NCBI GenBank assembly: GCA_010093995.1
Contig: ML992513.1
Span: 124,001-188,000, forward strand
From: Elsinoe ampelina
Taxonomy: Eukaryota
Direction of reading: 5' to 3'
Length of the DNA: 64,000 nt
The position numbers and the translations under genes are program-made. The notes under the pieces were generated by a model. It ran no database searches. It had not been told where the DNA came from and saw only the letters and a program-made list of their open reading frames with translations. Positions 9,454-20,136 of this stretch are shown piece after piece. How positions within the stretch are numbered: position 1 is the stretch's first letter; each line of letters opens with the position of its first letter.

Positions 9454-12309
9454 ATGCGCCTTGTTATCCTCGGCTTCGTCGCTACTGCATCGGCTGTTCC
9501 ACGAATCGCATTTCCCTTCAATGCCCAAGTACCACCGGCGGCAAGAATCTTGGAGCCATACAGCTTTCAATTCGCGGCCGCGACCTTCGGAGGGTCTTCC
9601 AATTTAGCGTACACCCTGGTCGATGCACCATCTTGGTTGAGATTAGAGACACAGCGGACACTCACTGGCACTCCTCCGGCCTCAGAGGTGGGCACGAAGA
9701 CCTTTGGCATCAGAGCTAGCGATGATACAGGATCATCTCTACTCAATTGCACATTGGTCGTGGGTCTGGGCAGTGGACCGAATGTACGAAACGAAGCTCA
9801 AAGCCAGCTATCTGGTCGCCTCTCAGCACCTGGAACTTTATCGCTATATCCCGGCGATGCCTTCACACAACAATTTAGCGAACAGACATTCTCAGCAGGT
9901 ACTTCAGAGATAAGAGCATACTATGCAATACTGGCAGATCGCACGCCGCTTCCATCATGGATCGGCTTCAATCCATCCGCACTATCCTTCTTTGGAGTCG
10001 CTCCCGCGGTTGGCAACGAGGCGTTAGTGTACACTGTGACCATAGTAGCTTCTGACATCATAGGCTTCTCTGGAGCAGAGACGACGTTCACTTTAAGAGT
10101 AGGCAAACGGGCACTGGCCTTTAATCCGCAAAGGGAAGAATACAACATTGATCTCGATGTCAGCATCAATCTGTCTGGACAAGTCTACCTCGATTCGACT
10201 GCGCTTCCACCTGACCAGATTGTCAGTGCAACATTATTTGGACCAAGCTGGCTGAATCTGGACAAACAGACACTGACCGTCTCGGGACGCACACCGGCAG
10301 ACTTCACCTTTCAGGAGGCTAGTGTCACTATTCAGGACGTATCGGGTAACCTGGCCGAGAAAACATTGATATTCAGAAAGAAAGGAAGCAATGTGTCGGA
10401 TACACCAGATGGTGATGTTCAGTTCCCAAACATCCAGATCAACAATGTCACAGTCACCGCAGGTCAGGACATTGATTACACGCTGCCTGCCGGGTACACC
10501 AATCAGCCAGATTTCGACACGACAATAGTGTTTGATCCTCCCGAAGAATGGCTGGCCTTCGACCAGGACGAAGGACAGATTAGAGGTCAAGTTCCAGCAG
10601 ATTCCATGCAGTCGGATATCGAAGCTGTGGTGACCTTGAGGACTGCCTCTGGCAGGTCCACCCGCAAGACTTTCTACATCAACGTGAAGGAAGCAGATAA
10701 AGGTGCAACCTCCACTACGTCAGATGGGCCAGGTATGATTGGAGAGAATCCGACCGGGCTACCACCAGAAACGGCACGCTTGAACGCACGGCAGGTTGCC
10801 GGTATTGTGGTTGGTTTGATCGCTGCTGTCGTCCTGCTTGCCATTCTGCTCGCAATTTGGTGCCAGCGAAGGCGGAAGAGGAGATCTTCAATCGACAAGA
10901 GCTACATATCCCGACCAATGCCAGACCCGCAGGACCCGTGGCTACTCACCACACATGCCGAGACCGCCATAGCACCAGTTCCGCCCGTGGAAACTGAGCC
11001 AAAGCTGGATGACAAACCACCACAGATCCAGCTAGATGTTCCAAGCAGTCCAATGAAGACTAGCGCATTCAAGAGAAGCAGGATGAGTACGGTCAGCTCT
11101 CTGGGGGCAGGCGAGAATGCGGTCCTCGCCGACGACAACATACCAGTCTGGGGACAAGATCGCAGACATGGGCTGCATGACAGCTACTCTGCAGCAACCC
11201 GACTGTCCACTATCACCGGCGCGAACAGTGCCCACACAAAACGCACCACCTTCGGCGTTCTACCAAATCGCCACTCCCGAGCCAGCGTCAACTCTCCCCT
11301 CGACCTCAAATCACAAGAAGCATCCCACCACGCCCTCTCCTTCCCAGCCGACACATCCTCCTCGGACCTCCTCTCCCGCACCACAACCACCACCTCCCGC
11401 ACCCCATCCCGCCCCAACTCCGTCCTCATCCGGCCCCTCTCCCGCATCGCCATGGAAAACCGGCGCTCCATCCGCCTCGTCGCCCCCTCCGAATCCCACC
11501 TCTCCCGCACCTCCACGCGCACTTCCCATCACTCCACGCTCGACCACCGCCCCCTCGCCGAACGCCGCCAATCCTTCATCCGCCACCGGGCCTCCTCGGG
11601 CCGTCCAAGCCTCCTCTTCACCACCGCCTCCCGCGACGCCGAAGCCCCAACCGGCACCTCCGCCCGACCCCGACCCCCAGCGCGCAAGACCCGTTCCGCT
11701 TCCTCCGAGCTCCAACCGCCGGCGCGCAACCCCCGCCGTCTCGAGATGGACCAGACCCCGCGCGTGCTGAGCGTCGGCCAGCCACACATCCCCGGCGCGG
11801 TGACGCCGGACGGAAGCAGCCAGTACTCCACCACGAGCGAGGAGATTGGGTCCGAAGAGGAGGAACTAGAAGCGGTGTGGGTGCGTGAGGCGGCGTTGCC
11901 CAGGGGGATGAGGAATTGGGTCGTTCCCGGGGAGGGGAGTCCGACGCCGCCGCCTAGTGAGAGGGAGAGGGCGAGGTGGAGGATGGGGAGGAGGTTGGGG
12001 AGGGATGGGAGGGGGGAGCTGGGGCAGGGGACAGGGACGGGGGTGGGGGTGGGGAGTAGTCCGCTTGTTGGAGGGGCGGAGGTTATCGAGCCGAGGGGGA
12101 AGAGGGAGGTTTTGGGGGTGGTGAGGAATGAGAGGTTGAGTGGGTTGGTGAGGGGTGAGAGGTTGAGTGGGAGGGAGAGGAAGGCGAGGGAGGAGAGGTT
12201 CTTCGGAGGGAGTGGAGGGGCCGGGGATGAAGGGAGGGAGGGGGGGATGGTGATGAAGAGGGTGAGGGAGAGGGAGAGGAGGGAGGGGAGCGGGAAGGTC
12301 TTTATTTGA
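9454..12309 (+). CDS. AXL2: Axial budding protein Axl2-like type I membrane protein (cadherin-like/He_PIG repeats)
   Basis: Signal peptide, FPFNAQVPPAARI and RTPLPSWIGFNPSALSFFG, repeated PSWLxL units, one transmembrane helix (VAGIVVGLIAAVVLLAILLAIW-CQRRRKRR), ISRP motif and a long disordered tail. Confidence 0.85.
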   Translation: MRLVILGFVATASAVPRIAFPFNAQVPPAARILEPYSFQFAAATFGGSSNLAYTLVDAPSWLRLETQRTLTGTPPASEVGTKTFGIRASDDTGSSLLNCTLVVGLGSGPNVRNEAQSQLSGRLSAPGTLSLYPGDAFTQQFSEQTFSAGTSEIRAYYAILADRTPLPSWIGFNPSALSFFGVAPAVGNEALVYTVTIVASDIIGFSGAETTFTLRVGKRALAFNPQREEYNIDLDVSINLSGQVYLDSTALPPDQIVSATLFGPSWLNLDKQTLTVSGRTPADFTFQEASVTIQDVSGNLAEKTLIFRKKGSNVSDTPDGDVQFPNIQINNVTVTAGQDIDYTLPAGYTNQPDFDTTIVFDPPEEWLAFDQDEGQIRGQVPADSMQSDIEAVVTLRTASGRSTRKTFYINVKEADKGATSTTSDGPGMIGENPTGLPPETARLNARQVAGIVVGLIAAVVLLAILLAIWCQRRRKRRSSIDKSYISRPMPDPQDPWLLTTHAETAIAPVPPVETEPKLDDKPPQIQLDVPSSPMKTSAFKRSRMSTVSSLGAGENAVLADDNIPVWGQDRRHGLHDSYSAATRLSTITGANSAHTKRTTFGVLPNRHSRASVNSPLDLKSQEASHHALSFPADTSSSDLLSRTTTTTSRTPSRPNSVLIRPLSRIAMENRRSIRLVAPSESHLSRTSTRTSHHSTLDHRPLAERRQSFIRHRASSGRPSLLFTTASRDAEAPTGTSARPRPPARKTRSASSELQPPARNPRRLEMDQTPRVLSVGQPHIPGAVTPDGSSQYSTTSEEIGSEEEELEAVWVREAALPRGMRNWVVPGEGSPTPPPSERERARWRMGRRLGRDGRGELGQGTGTGVGVGSSPLVGGAEVIEPRGKREVLGVVRNERLSGLVRGERLSGRERKAREERFFGGSGGAGDEGREGGMVMKRVRERERREGSGKVFI

Positions 12310-12786
12310 TATTTGTGTCGTTCGGCTTGAGGGTTGGTTACACAGTATTAGCTATCATGAATTATGAGATTTGCTTGACTCTCCCGTTCGACTTTGTGTG
12401 CATTGTGAGTGCCCAGGTGCTTGTCCCGCGACCGACCTTTCCTTGAAAGTTTGCCGGGAAAATGTTGTTGAAGATTTCCTCTTTCGGTTTCCACGTCGGC
12501 ACCTCTTCAACAAACCGCGTCCATTTGCAACCAGCTTCCACCGTGTATCGCGCGATGTAGTCAGAGGGTTTGAACAGTAAGTAAGAAAATGTTTCATATC
12601 ATAGTGTATAGCTGTGGCCTTGGTCGAGACCGTTGTATAGCTCCTGCACGACTTTCAATACACGTTCCTCTTCCTCCATTCTTCTCGCCATCAAACACCA
12701 TACTGCCGATCAATTCCGTCCTACATTTGGATATCGTTAGCCTAACATCTTCAAAAGATCTTCCATTCATACACGCAGTCCTCGAC

Positions 12787-13346
12787 ATGTCGATCGACCC
12801 ACCTCTCCCCGATCTCGAAAAAACCCACTCCCTCCTCTCCCTCACCATCCTCCCAAGCAATCCAGTCTCCACACGCGCCACCTCTATTCTCAAACATCTT
12901 CGGTCTGCCCCTACCTCCAACAAATCCAAGCAGCCTGTCCTGCTCCGTCTCACAGCCCGCGCCTCGGCAGCGAACAAGCTCATCACCATCGCCGAGATTG
13001 TTAAGCGCCAACTCGCCACCGAGGGGGTGAAGGTGTTTCAGTACTCGGTCTTGGGGAGGGAGACGGTGACTCTCCCCAACAAGACCGACGTAAAGGTCAA
13101 GGTAAAGGGGAAGCGGGGGGCGGTTGGTGGGGAGGCAGAGGCTGAGCTGGACGAGGAGGAGGATGGAGAGGCATTTGAGGTCATGGCGGGGAAGGAGAAG
13201 GTGAGGAGTGTGCCTACTCTGACGATTTATCTGGGCTTGGAGAGCGCGAAGGAGCTGAGGAAGGGATTTGGGTGAGTATTGACTCTGGTGGGAAGAGGAT
13301 AGAGCTGACGGGTGGTAGGGAGCAGACGAATATGGATGAGGCATGA
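12787..13346 (+). CDS. Alba-like DNA/RNA-binding domain protein, 2 exons
   Basis: Motifs LTARASAANKLITIAEIVKRQL...FQYS and KVRSVPTLTIYL. An intron at 13272-13318 gives the ending GEQTNMDEA*. Confidence 0.72.
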
Positions 13347-13739
13347 AGATTTGTGACGGTATGGTCTGCAGGTATGATAAGAGGGGAATGCCATGACACT
13401 GGCGCTTGTGCATTGTAGATCATTGGATTCGGGTCCAAACCGACTCGATCGGCTCGTCGTTGAGGTGGTTTGGATTAGACAATCAGGACTATGATGCAAG
13501 GCGGTTGTGGCGAGGAGGAAGGTGGCCCAAAGGCATTTTGAGACCTTGCGAAGATGATAGTGGGAGCTGCTCAGGGAGTGTCAAGACTATGAAGAGGAGC
13601 TGTCACGCGGACGACACAGGGAGATCTGGATATTACGGCATGAGGCTGAAACCGATCAGGTTCGAAAAATCAATAGACACAATTTGACCAGCATATCCCC
13701 AGCCAGGCGTCCGTCGATAATGCATGGCTAGCACTGGTT

Positions 13740-14691
13740 CTATTTGCTCGTACTCTCGTTCTTCTCAACCAGCTCACCCACGCCCAATCCCCTGCCAACC
13801 TTGACCTTCCGCTTCTTCTCCTTCTCTGCTTGACCCTCACTACCGACCGGAGCGCCCTCATCCTTACCAACAGATGACTCCCCTTCATCGTCTTCATCAC
13901 TGCTGGCCGCATCCAAGTCTTCGTCTCGCAAGTAGTCCAGGTCCATTCGCATACTGAAAGCATCCTCGCCGTCAGCATAGTATTTGGGCTCGGTACCCAT
14001 GACTTTGAAGCCGAGGGTGTCTCGGTAGAGAGCGAGGGCGGCGACGTTGGAGACACGGACGTGCAGAGAGACGTAGGAGGCGCTGTAGGTCTCGAACATG
14101 GCTCTTTCTGGGAAATGTCAGTCGGAAGATCGGAGAACAAAGTTACAGGGGTATGGTGGCAAGTGTATCGAATCTTTCTGTACGAGAGACCCTCATCTCG
14201 AGAGGTATGCAGAGGCAGATGCGGTCGGGGGACACCCATGCATGGTACATGCACATAGCGCATTGCAGGGATCAATGAAAGAAAGGTGGCGAACTTACGG
14301 CTTTGCCTCATGAGCTTCTCCGCAAGACCCAGCCTTCGGTGCGTCCGCATCACACTCAGACTTGTTATGTGACCATGCGGTACGCCGTCTGTGTTGTCGT
14401 CGTCCATCTTCGCAAGGACATACCCCACGATCTTGGGCTGATCGTATGGAGACTTCTTCGGCCGAGAGACCTGTCCTTGATCAGCATCACTTGCGTCTCG
14501 GGTCATTGGCCATGATCCATCGGCATGATTCAGCCATTGGGTGGACGTACGTCTACGGCGACAAAGGAGAGCTGTGGCCATGAGAGGACATGGTAGAGGT
14601 AGTACTTTGAGAAGTAGTTTTCCGGTAGGTTTGTGATGTTCGTTTGCTGGACATGCGGGATGTCTGAGGTCCTGAGAAGGCGGATATCCAT
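13740..14691 (-). CDS. ARD1: N-terminal acetyltransferase A catalytic subunit (Ard1/Naa10), multi-exon
   Basis: Motifs MDIRLL...[70 protein letters not shown] and YYADGEDA. Confidence 0.95.
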
Positions 14692-15288
14692 CCTGAATAG
14701 GAACAAATATCTACTGAATGGGTTTTGGAGATATTGTAATTATTATTCTATTTTCCGTAGGCATGTCAATATTCGCGAGTATTCTGAAGTCCGGATTTCG
14801 AAGTTCACACCCGGTCGGCTGTCATTGGTCGACACGGCTCGCTTGTGGCTGGTAGCGCAGTCTAGCGTCTCTTGGCATTATCAAATGGTCGCTCTCACAT
14901 GCTACATTCGAGGCATTTTTCTCATACATTTTCGCTGTCAACACTGCTTAAATCATATTTCTCACATGCGACCCCGTTTCCAGTCGCTGCCACTTGGCGC
15001 ACAGGCCCCCACCTGCGTATTCTAATAAATCCCTCACCTCATCTCAGCTTCACTTCCTCCCTCTTCTCTCACAACCACAACCACATTGCATCGCACCACC
15101 ACTGCGTTTGCAATCCCCCTGGCACTGCGCACAAAGCTGAACAAGCTAGATAGCATCAAACGTGCCATACAGTAAGCTCCAATACCTCATCCAAATCCTC
15201 ACATGATGACGAGCACTAACCTTTCACCAGAACCTCTCACATCACCCACTCTCGCATCGGCATATAGCCTTTGCACATCACCAAGGCC

Positions 15289-18039
15289 ATGGCACCGCTA
15301 CCAGCCTTGTCAAAGATCAAGACCTGCAAGCCGGTCACCGCTGGTGTCGAAGCTATGCTCCACCATGTGCGCCGTGCTTCGCACATCACATCGCCAAATG
15401 GCAAGCGGATCACCAACCGCAAGACCTACGGCAAACACAAGAGCCGCAACCTGTTCAGCAGGCCGGCCGAGGATCTGGCGCGCGTTGGCACCGACCACAC
15501 CGCCACCACCTCCACCCCCTCCTCTCTCCGCCTCCCCTCCCTCCTCTCCGCCGCCACCCTCAAGAGAAATGCTCACCTGAAGCATTACATGGGGCTCAAG
15601 CAGTTCCACAAGGTAGCTGGAGATGTCCAGGCCTTGATCCCTGATGTCATGGACATGCTGGATTCGGACTTGGCCACGATCTTTGCTCTTTCAGCAAAAA
15701 ACGCCGGCCATGTGATGACCGAGGAAGAAATCGAGCAACTCGAGCAAGAGTTCGCAGAGACCAAGACCTCCCTTGAGTCCACCCAAGCACAGCTCGATAC
15801 CACCAAGAGCACACTCGAATCCACACAAGCTCGCCTGGAGACCACCGAAGCCAGCCTCAAGACCAGTCAAGAAGACCTTGAAAAGGCAAGCACCAAATTC
15901 GCCAACAGTGAGAAAGATTACCAGCAGCAGCGTGATGCATCTCAAAAGATCCACGACAGCGAGATCTCCTCCAAGGAAAGCGATATCAAGCAGTTGAAGA
16001 GCGCCAAGGGAGAGCTGAGCAGCAACATCCAGAAGTTGACCAGCGCCAACGAAGAGCTGAACAACACGATCCAGAAGTTGCAGCAAGAACTCAAGCAGAA
16101 TTCATCCACGATCAACTCACTCAACGGCAAGGTTGCAGAAGTCACCAAGCTTTACGACCAGAAAACAGACCTCTCCGAAACCCTCGTCGAGGAAAAGTCC
16201 AAGGTCCAGTCAGAGCTCGATACTGCAAACCAGGAGGTCAACAATCTCAAAAATGAAAAGACTTACATTACGACCCAACACGCCACCGCCGTCCAAGCAC
16301 TCAAGTCTCAGCACACCGCCGCTATCGAGGCACTCAAGTCTCAGCACACCGCCGCTATCAAGGCACTCATGACCCAGCAGGCCAAAGCCATTGAGGATTT
16401 GAAGTCCGAATGCATCTCCACCATCCAGGATCAACAGTCTCAGCATGACTCTGCCATCACAAAACTCCAGAGCCAGCTCGCAACCGCCAATGAAAAGTGC
16501 AGCCAGCGCAGCGAAGAGATGATGGACATGGACTCTGAGGACTATGACAACCAGTCCGAAATGGAGCGCGAGCTCGCCTCCGCCAACAACACCTGCACCC
16601 AACTCCACCAGGAAATCGGTCGCATCAAGTCCCAGCTTTATCAACGCGACAAGGAATGGTCTGAAGCTACTGCCATTGTTCAGTCTGAGAAGGTGCAGAC
16701 CCAGCAGCACATCTCCAGTTTGCAGTCCCAGCTCGCTGAGAAATCCAACCTCATCGCCGACCTCAAGTCACAGAAGGAGGAGGCCGAGAAGAAGTCAGAG
16801 CGCAAGGACATGGTCGAGAATGAAATGTCCGCGCTCGATACCAAGTACAAGCAGCTCGATGCGCAGTACAAGCAGCTTGAAGCCGAGCACAAAGTGGCGC
16901 AAGACCGCATCGTCGCATACGACGAGAAGCTCGAAGAAATCAACCCCAAGCTCGCCAATGTCGAGTCCCAAGTCAAAGCTCACGTCGAGACCAACAAGGC
17001 CTTGAGCGAGAGGAACACCTTGCTTGAGCGCGCCGCCAACTCAAGCGACCAAGACATGAACAGCCTCAAGTTCGAGTCCGAAGCATTCAAGCACTGCGTC
17101 GAAGATGCTCTGTCTCGCCTCTCAGGCATCTCCCCTCCCAGCCCAGAGGCTGCTCAGGACGAACTGGACGACATCACCTCCATGTTCGCCAACACTTCCA
17201 ACAGTATCCAAGACCTCAGCAGCCCAGAAGCCAAGCGCAAGCTGTTCCTCCAGAAGCTCAACTTCATCATGGAGGACTTTGACCAGGTCAAGCGTCAGCG
17301 TACCACTCTTGACGAGGATGTAGTCGTGTATCGCGCGTCCATCAAGAGGCTTCGAAAAGTACAGGGCGACGAAGCGTATGTGCGCAACGAAGAGCAGAAG
17401 CAGATCAAGAGCCTCCAGAAGCAGGTCGCTGATCGCACCACGCAGGTCGAAGGTCTCTTCGAGGAGCTAAATGAATTCAAGCGCCAGGCTATCCGCCAGG
17501 AGGCAGCACGCAGTGCGCCCGCACCACGCAGGTCCGACGCGCCTCGCAGTGTCCTCGCAACCTATCACTCAAGCAGGATCGAGCGCAAGCGTCCGCAGCC
17601 TCGCCGAGCCGACAGAGCCGCAGCGAAGCAGAAAGGAAGAGCCGGCCATAGGCTTGGCCATGTGTTTGAGGCGGAGGACACACCAAACCCATCGCTCATG
17701 GACGCAGACGACCGGGCCGAGGCGCTGTTGTCCACCCGCGACGCATTCGCCGAAGGAGAGGACTTTGTGCCTCTGGAAGGCTTCGACCAGGAGGAGGCAT
17801 CCTTCCCTGCACCATTCATCAAGCAGGAGGGATCTCCTTCACCCTTCCCTACACAGTCCTTCAAGCAGGAGGGATCTCCTCCGCCCTTCACCAGCCGCGA
17901 GGTCTACTCGCCTGAACCCTTCATCAAGCAGGAGCAGTCCCCTCCTCCCTACTCTCCTCCTCCATACAGGGAGCGAGAGCAGGCTCCTTCGCCTGAGCCT
18001 GAACATCAGGCAGAAGAGGGCGAGGAGATGGAGTTGTAA
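15289..18039 (+). CDS. Large coiled-coil protein of unknown function (~916 aa)
   Basis: Long uninterrupted ORF with strong codon bias, about 600 aa of heptad-rich sequence, an internal 33-bp repeat (SQHTAAIxALK) and a Pro/Ser-rich tail. Probable 5'UTR intron at 15172-15230. Confidence 0.75.
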   Translation: MAPLPALSKIKTCKPVTAGVEAMLHHVRRASHITSPNGKRITNRKTYGKHKSRNLFSRPAEDLARVGTDHTATTSTPSSLRLPSLLSAATLKRNAHLKHYMGLKQFHKVAGDVQALIPDVMDMLDSDLATIFALSAKNAGHVMTEEEIEQLEQEFAETKTSLESTQAQLDTTKSTLESTQARLETTEASLKTSQEDLEKASTKFANSEKDYQQQRDASQKIHDSEISSKESDIKQLKSAKGELSSNIQKLTSANEELNNTIQKLQQELKQNSSTINSLNGKVAEVTKLYDQKTDLSETLVEEKSKVQSELDTANQEVNNLKNEKTYITTQHATAVQALKSQHTAAIEALKSQHTAAIKALMTQQAKAIEDLKSECISTIQDQQSQHDSAITKLQSQLATANEKCSQRSEEMMDMDSEDYDNQSEMERELASANNTCTQLHQEIGRIKSQLYQRDKEWSEATAIVQSEKVQTQQHISSLQSQLAEKSNLIADLKSQKEEAEKKSERKDMVENEMSALDTKYKQLDAQYKQLEAEHKVAQDRIVAYDEKLEEINPKLANVESQVKAHVETNKALSERNTLLERAANSSDQDMNSLKFESEAFKHCVEDALSRLSGISPPSPEAAQDELDDITSMFANTSNSIQDLSSPEAKRKLFLQKLNFIMEDFDQVKRQRTTLDEDVVVYRASIKRLRKVQGDEAYVRNEEQKQIKSLQKQVADRTTQVEGLFEELNEFKRQAIRQEAARSAPAPRRSDAPRSVLATYHSSRIERKRPQPRRADRAAAKQKGRAGHRLGHVFEAEDTPNPSLMDADDRAEALLSTRDAFAEGEDFVPLEGFDQEEASFPAPFIKQEGSPSPFPTQSFKQEGSPPPFTSREVYSPEPFIKQEQSPPPYSPPPYREREQAPSPEPEHQAEEGEEMEL

Positions 18040-18480
18040 TCACCACCACCGACGCCGCCGCCTCACCTCACCTCGCCATTTTCACATCACCTTCAGTCTT
18101 CGCTCTGGCTTTGCTGGCGGCCTGCATACTTCCTCAGCAGGTCGTCGGCATTGTTCTGGGCTAGGTGAGAGCGGCGGTGCGGTTTGGTGGTGGTGAATTT
18201 GGTTGTCGGCGACCGGTGGGGGTCGTTGGCAGTTTTGTATCAACAGTTGGAGAAGAGTATGGTGGAAGCGGTTGGGGTTGGTCCTGGCAGGACTTGCCTC
18301 AATCGGGGCGATTGGTTTTTGCATTGCGGTGGAGTTTTCGGGTCGGGCAGGCCGTTGGTTTTGGTCTTCATTTTGCCTTGTGCCAGGGGACATTGTCCTG
18401 GCCAAGGCGGTATCATCTGCGGAGGATTTTGGATAGGCCTGCCCGGCCCACAGGTTGGGAGGAGTTTGGGTGTTTGACCG

Positions 18481-18675
18481 GGTCTGGTCTGGTCTGGTGT
18501 TGGGGTGTCGTCTGGTCTGGTCTTGGAATCTGGTCTGGTCTCTGGTCTGGTCTCTGGTCTGGTCTCTGGTCTGGTCTTTGGTCAAATGTTCTGGTCTGGT
18601 CTCTGGTTGGTCATGCGGTCTGGTCTCTGGTCAAGTGGTCTGGTCTGGTCCTGGGCTTTGGTCGGCCTGGGCCGG
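18481..18675. repeat. TCTGG / TCTGGTCTGGTC-type microsatellite tract
   Basis: Directly visible 5-bp and 12-bp units. Confidence 0.9.
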
Positions 18676-18785
18676 GTGTTGGGGAAGAGGAAGGTGGGTT
18701 GAAACTGGGAGCCATTGGCTTCAGCAGTGGTGGTGCATCTTGCCACAAGCTGCAGGAAGGGGGAGGGTGTGTGCGCTATCACTCT

Positions 18786-19430
18786 TGCGCCGCCCGGGGA
18801 AAGGGGAGCCGGTTAATATCGGTCACTCTTGGAGGTGGAGCCTCCGCGGCAACGCAACTGAACGACTTCCTCAACGGGAGGAGGGTGGAGTGCACATCGA
18901 CTTGTGCGCCTCCGCGGCAACGCAACTGAAAGGCTCCCTCATCGAGGGGAGGAGGGTGGAGTGCACATCGTCTCGTGCACGGCCCAGCGGACCAGTCGCC
19001 TCCGCGGCAANNNNNNNNNNNNNNNNNNNNNNNNNNNNNNNNNNNNNNNNNNNNNNNNNNNNNNNNNNNNNNNNNNNNNNNNNNNNNNNNNNNNNNNNNN
19101 NNNNNNNNNNNNNNNNNNNNNNNNNNNNNNNNNNNNNNNNNNNNNNNNNNNNNNNNNNNNNNNNNTGCGCCGCCCGGCGAAAGGGTCGCCTCCGCGGCAA
19201 TGCAACTGAAGGGTTGTGTCCTGTCGGCGGGAGGAGGGTGGAGTGCACATCGTCTCGTGCGCCGCCCGGCGAAAGGGGAGCCGGTTAATACCGGTCCTTT
19301 GGAGGGGGGGCCTCCGCGGCAACGCAACTGAAGGTTGTGTCCTGCCCGGGGGAGGGGGGAGAGGTGGCACGTTTAGTCGTGCGCCTTCGGGGCGAAAGGG
19401 GAGCCGGTTAATACCGGTCATCTGGAGGAG
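18786..19430 (+). repeat. Shuffled tandem repeats (~70-120 bp modules) resembling a 28S/LSU rRNA domain III fragment; contains an assembly gap
   Basis: GCCTCCGCGGCAA occurs at 18840, 18908, 18998, 19188 and 19310. GAAAGGGGAGCCGGTTAATA occurs at 18799, 19271 and 19394. GGGAGGAGGGTGGAGTGCACATCG occurs three times. The rRNA resemblance is recalled from memory, not searched. Confidence 0.8.
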
Positions 19431-20136
19431 GCGCTGGGCGGGCTCGCGGGTAGGAGGTACTGTGATGCGGAGCGCAAGGTGCGGGAGGTAACGACAGCGA
19501 TATCACGCGCAAACCAATGGACCTCGGCTTCGATAGTCGGACCCTCGCTTCGGCTCGGTCTGTACAACCAGCGTTATCCAGCTGGCCCTGGAGTGGACTG
19601 CGGTCCCCAGGTGGCGATGGAAGCTCTGTCGCTCGGCCCCTGTTGTGGTCGGGTATACGACAACTTCGACCTATCGTGGAGATAGGTCAACTGTCTTGAG
19701 GCGTGTAAGGCTTCGTGCCCGTCTCTACAGCATCGTATGTGCAAGGTTCATTGGAGGTTGGTAGATCCCCTACGATAGGGTTGATCCTAACCGGTGGGTA
19801 GGGAATGCCAGGTGCTGCAAAGTGGAACGAACCAAGATGAAGCCCCCTGGCCTATGAGCTGGGGCGTCCTCTCTCTTGGTGACCTCGGAGCGGAGCCGGA
19901 TCTCTCTATTCAGGGTGTGTCTGCCGGCCACGGTGGCATCCGTGGTCAATAGGGCTTCACCAAGACGTGTAGAATCGCGACCAGGGGGAGGACGGCCTGC
20001 GTTATGCCGCGAAGAGGAGGAATTGGGTGGGAGAGCCCGTCTGGCGTCGAAGGCTGGTGGTTGTGGGGATTGGTGCATGTATTTAGTTTTGTTTTATTTG
20101 TAGCTGCGGTGGGATGGAGGAGAGGTGTGGAGGACT

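Noticed and set aside
18786..19430. CRISPR array or functional rRNA gene
   Set aside because: The context is eukaryotic, the inter-repeat pieces are themselves repeated, and there are no cas genes. Only a short degenerate rRNA-like fragment is present, not an rDNA unit.
18082..19491. ORFs across the TCTGG and rRNA-like repeats (GLWS / DQTR repeats)
   Set aside because: They are by-products of stop-poor microsatellites and the N gap, with no protein-like content.
19770..19800. Telomerase RNA template (TAGGGTTGA / CCTAACC)
   Set aside because: There is no full 1.5-repeat CCCTAA template, and no pseudoknot or CR4/5 element was recognised.
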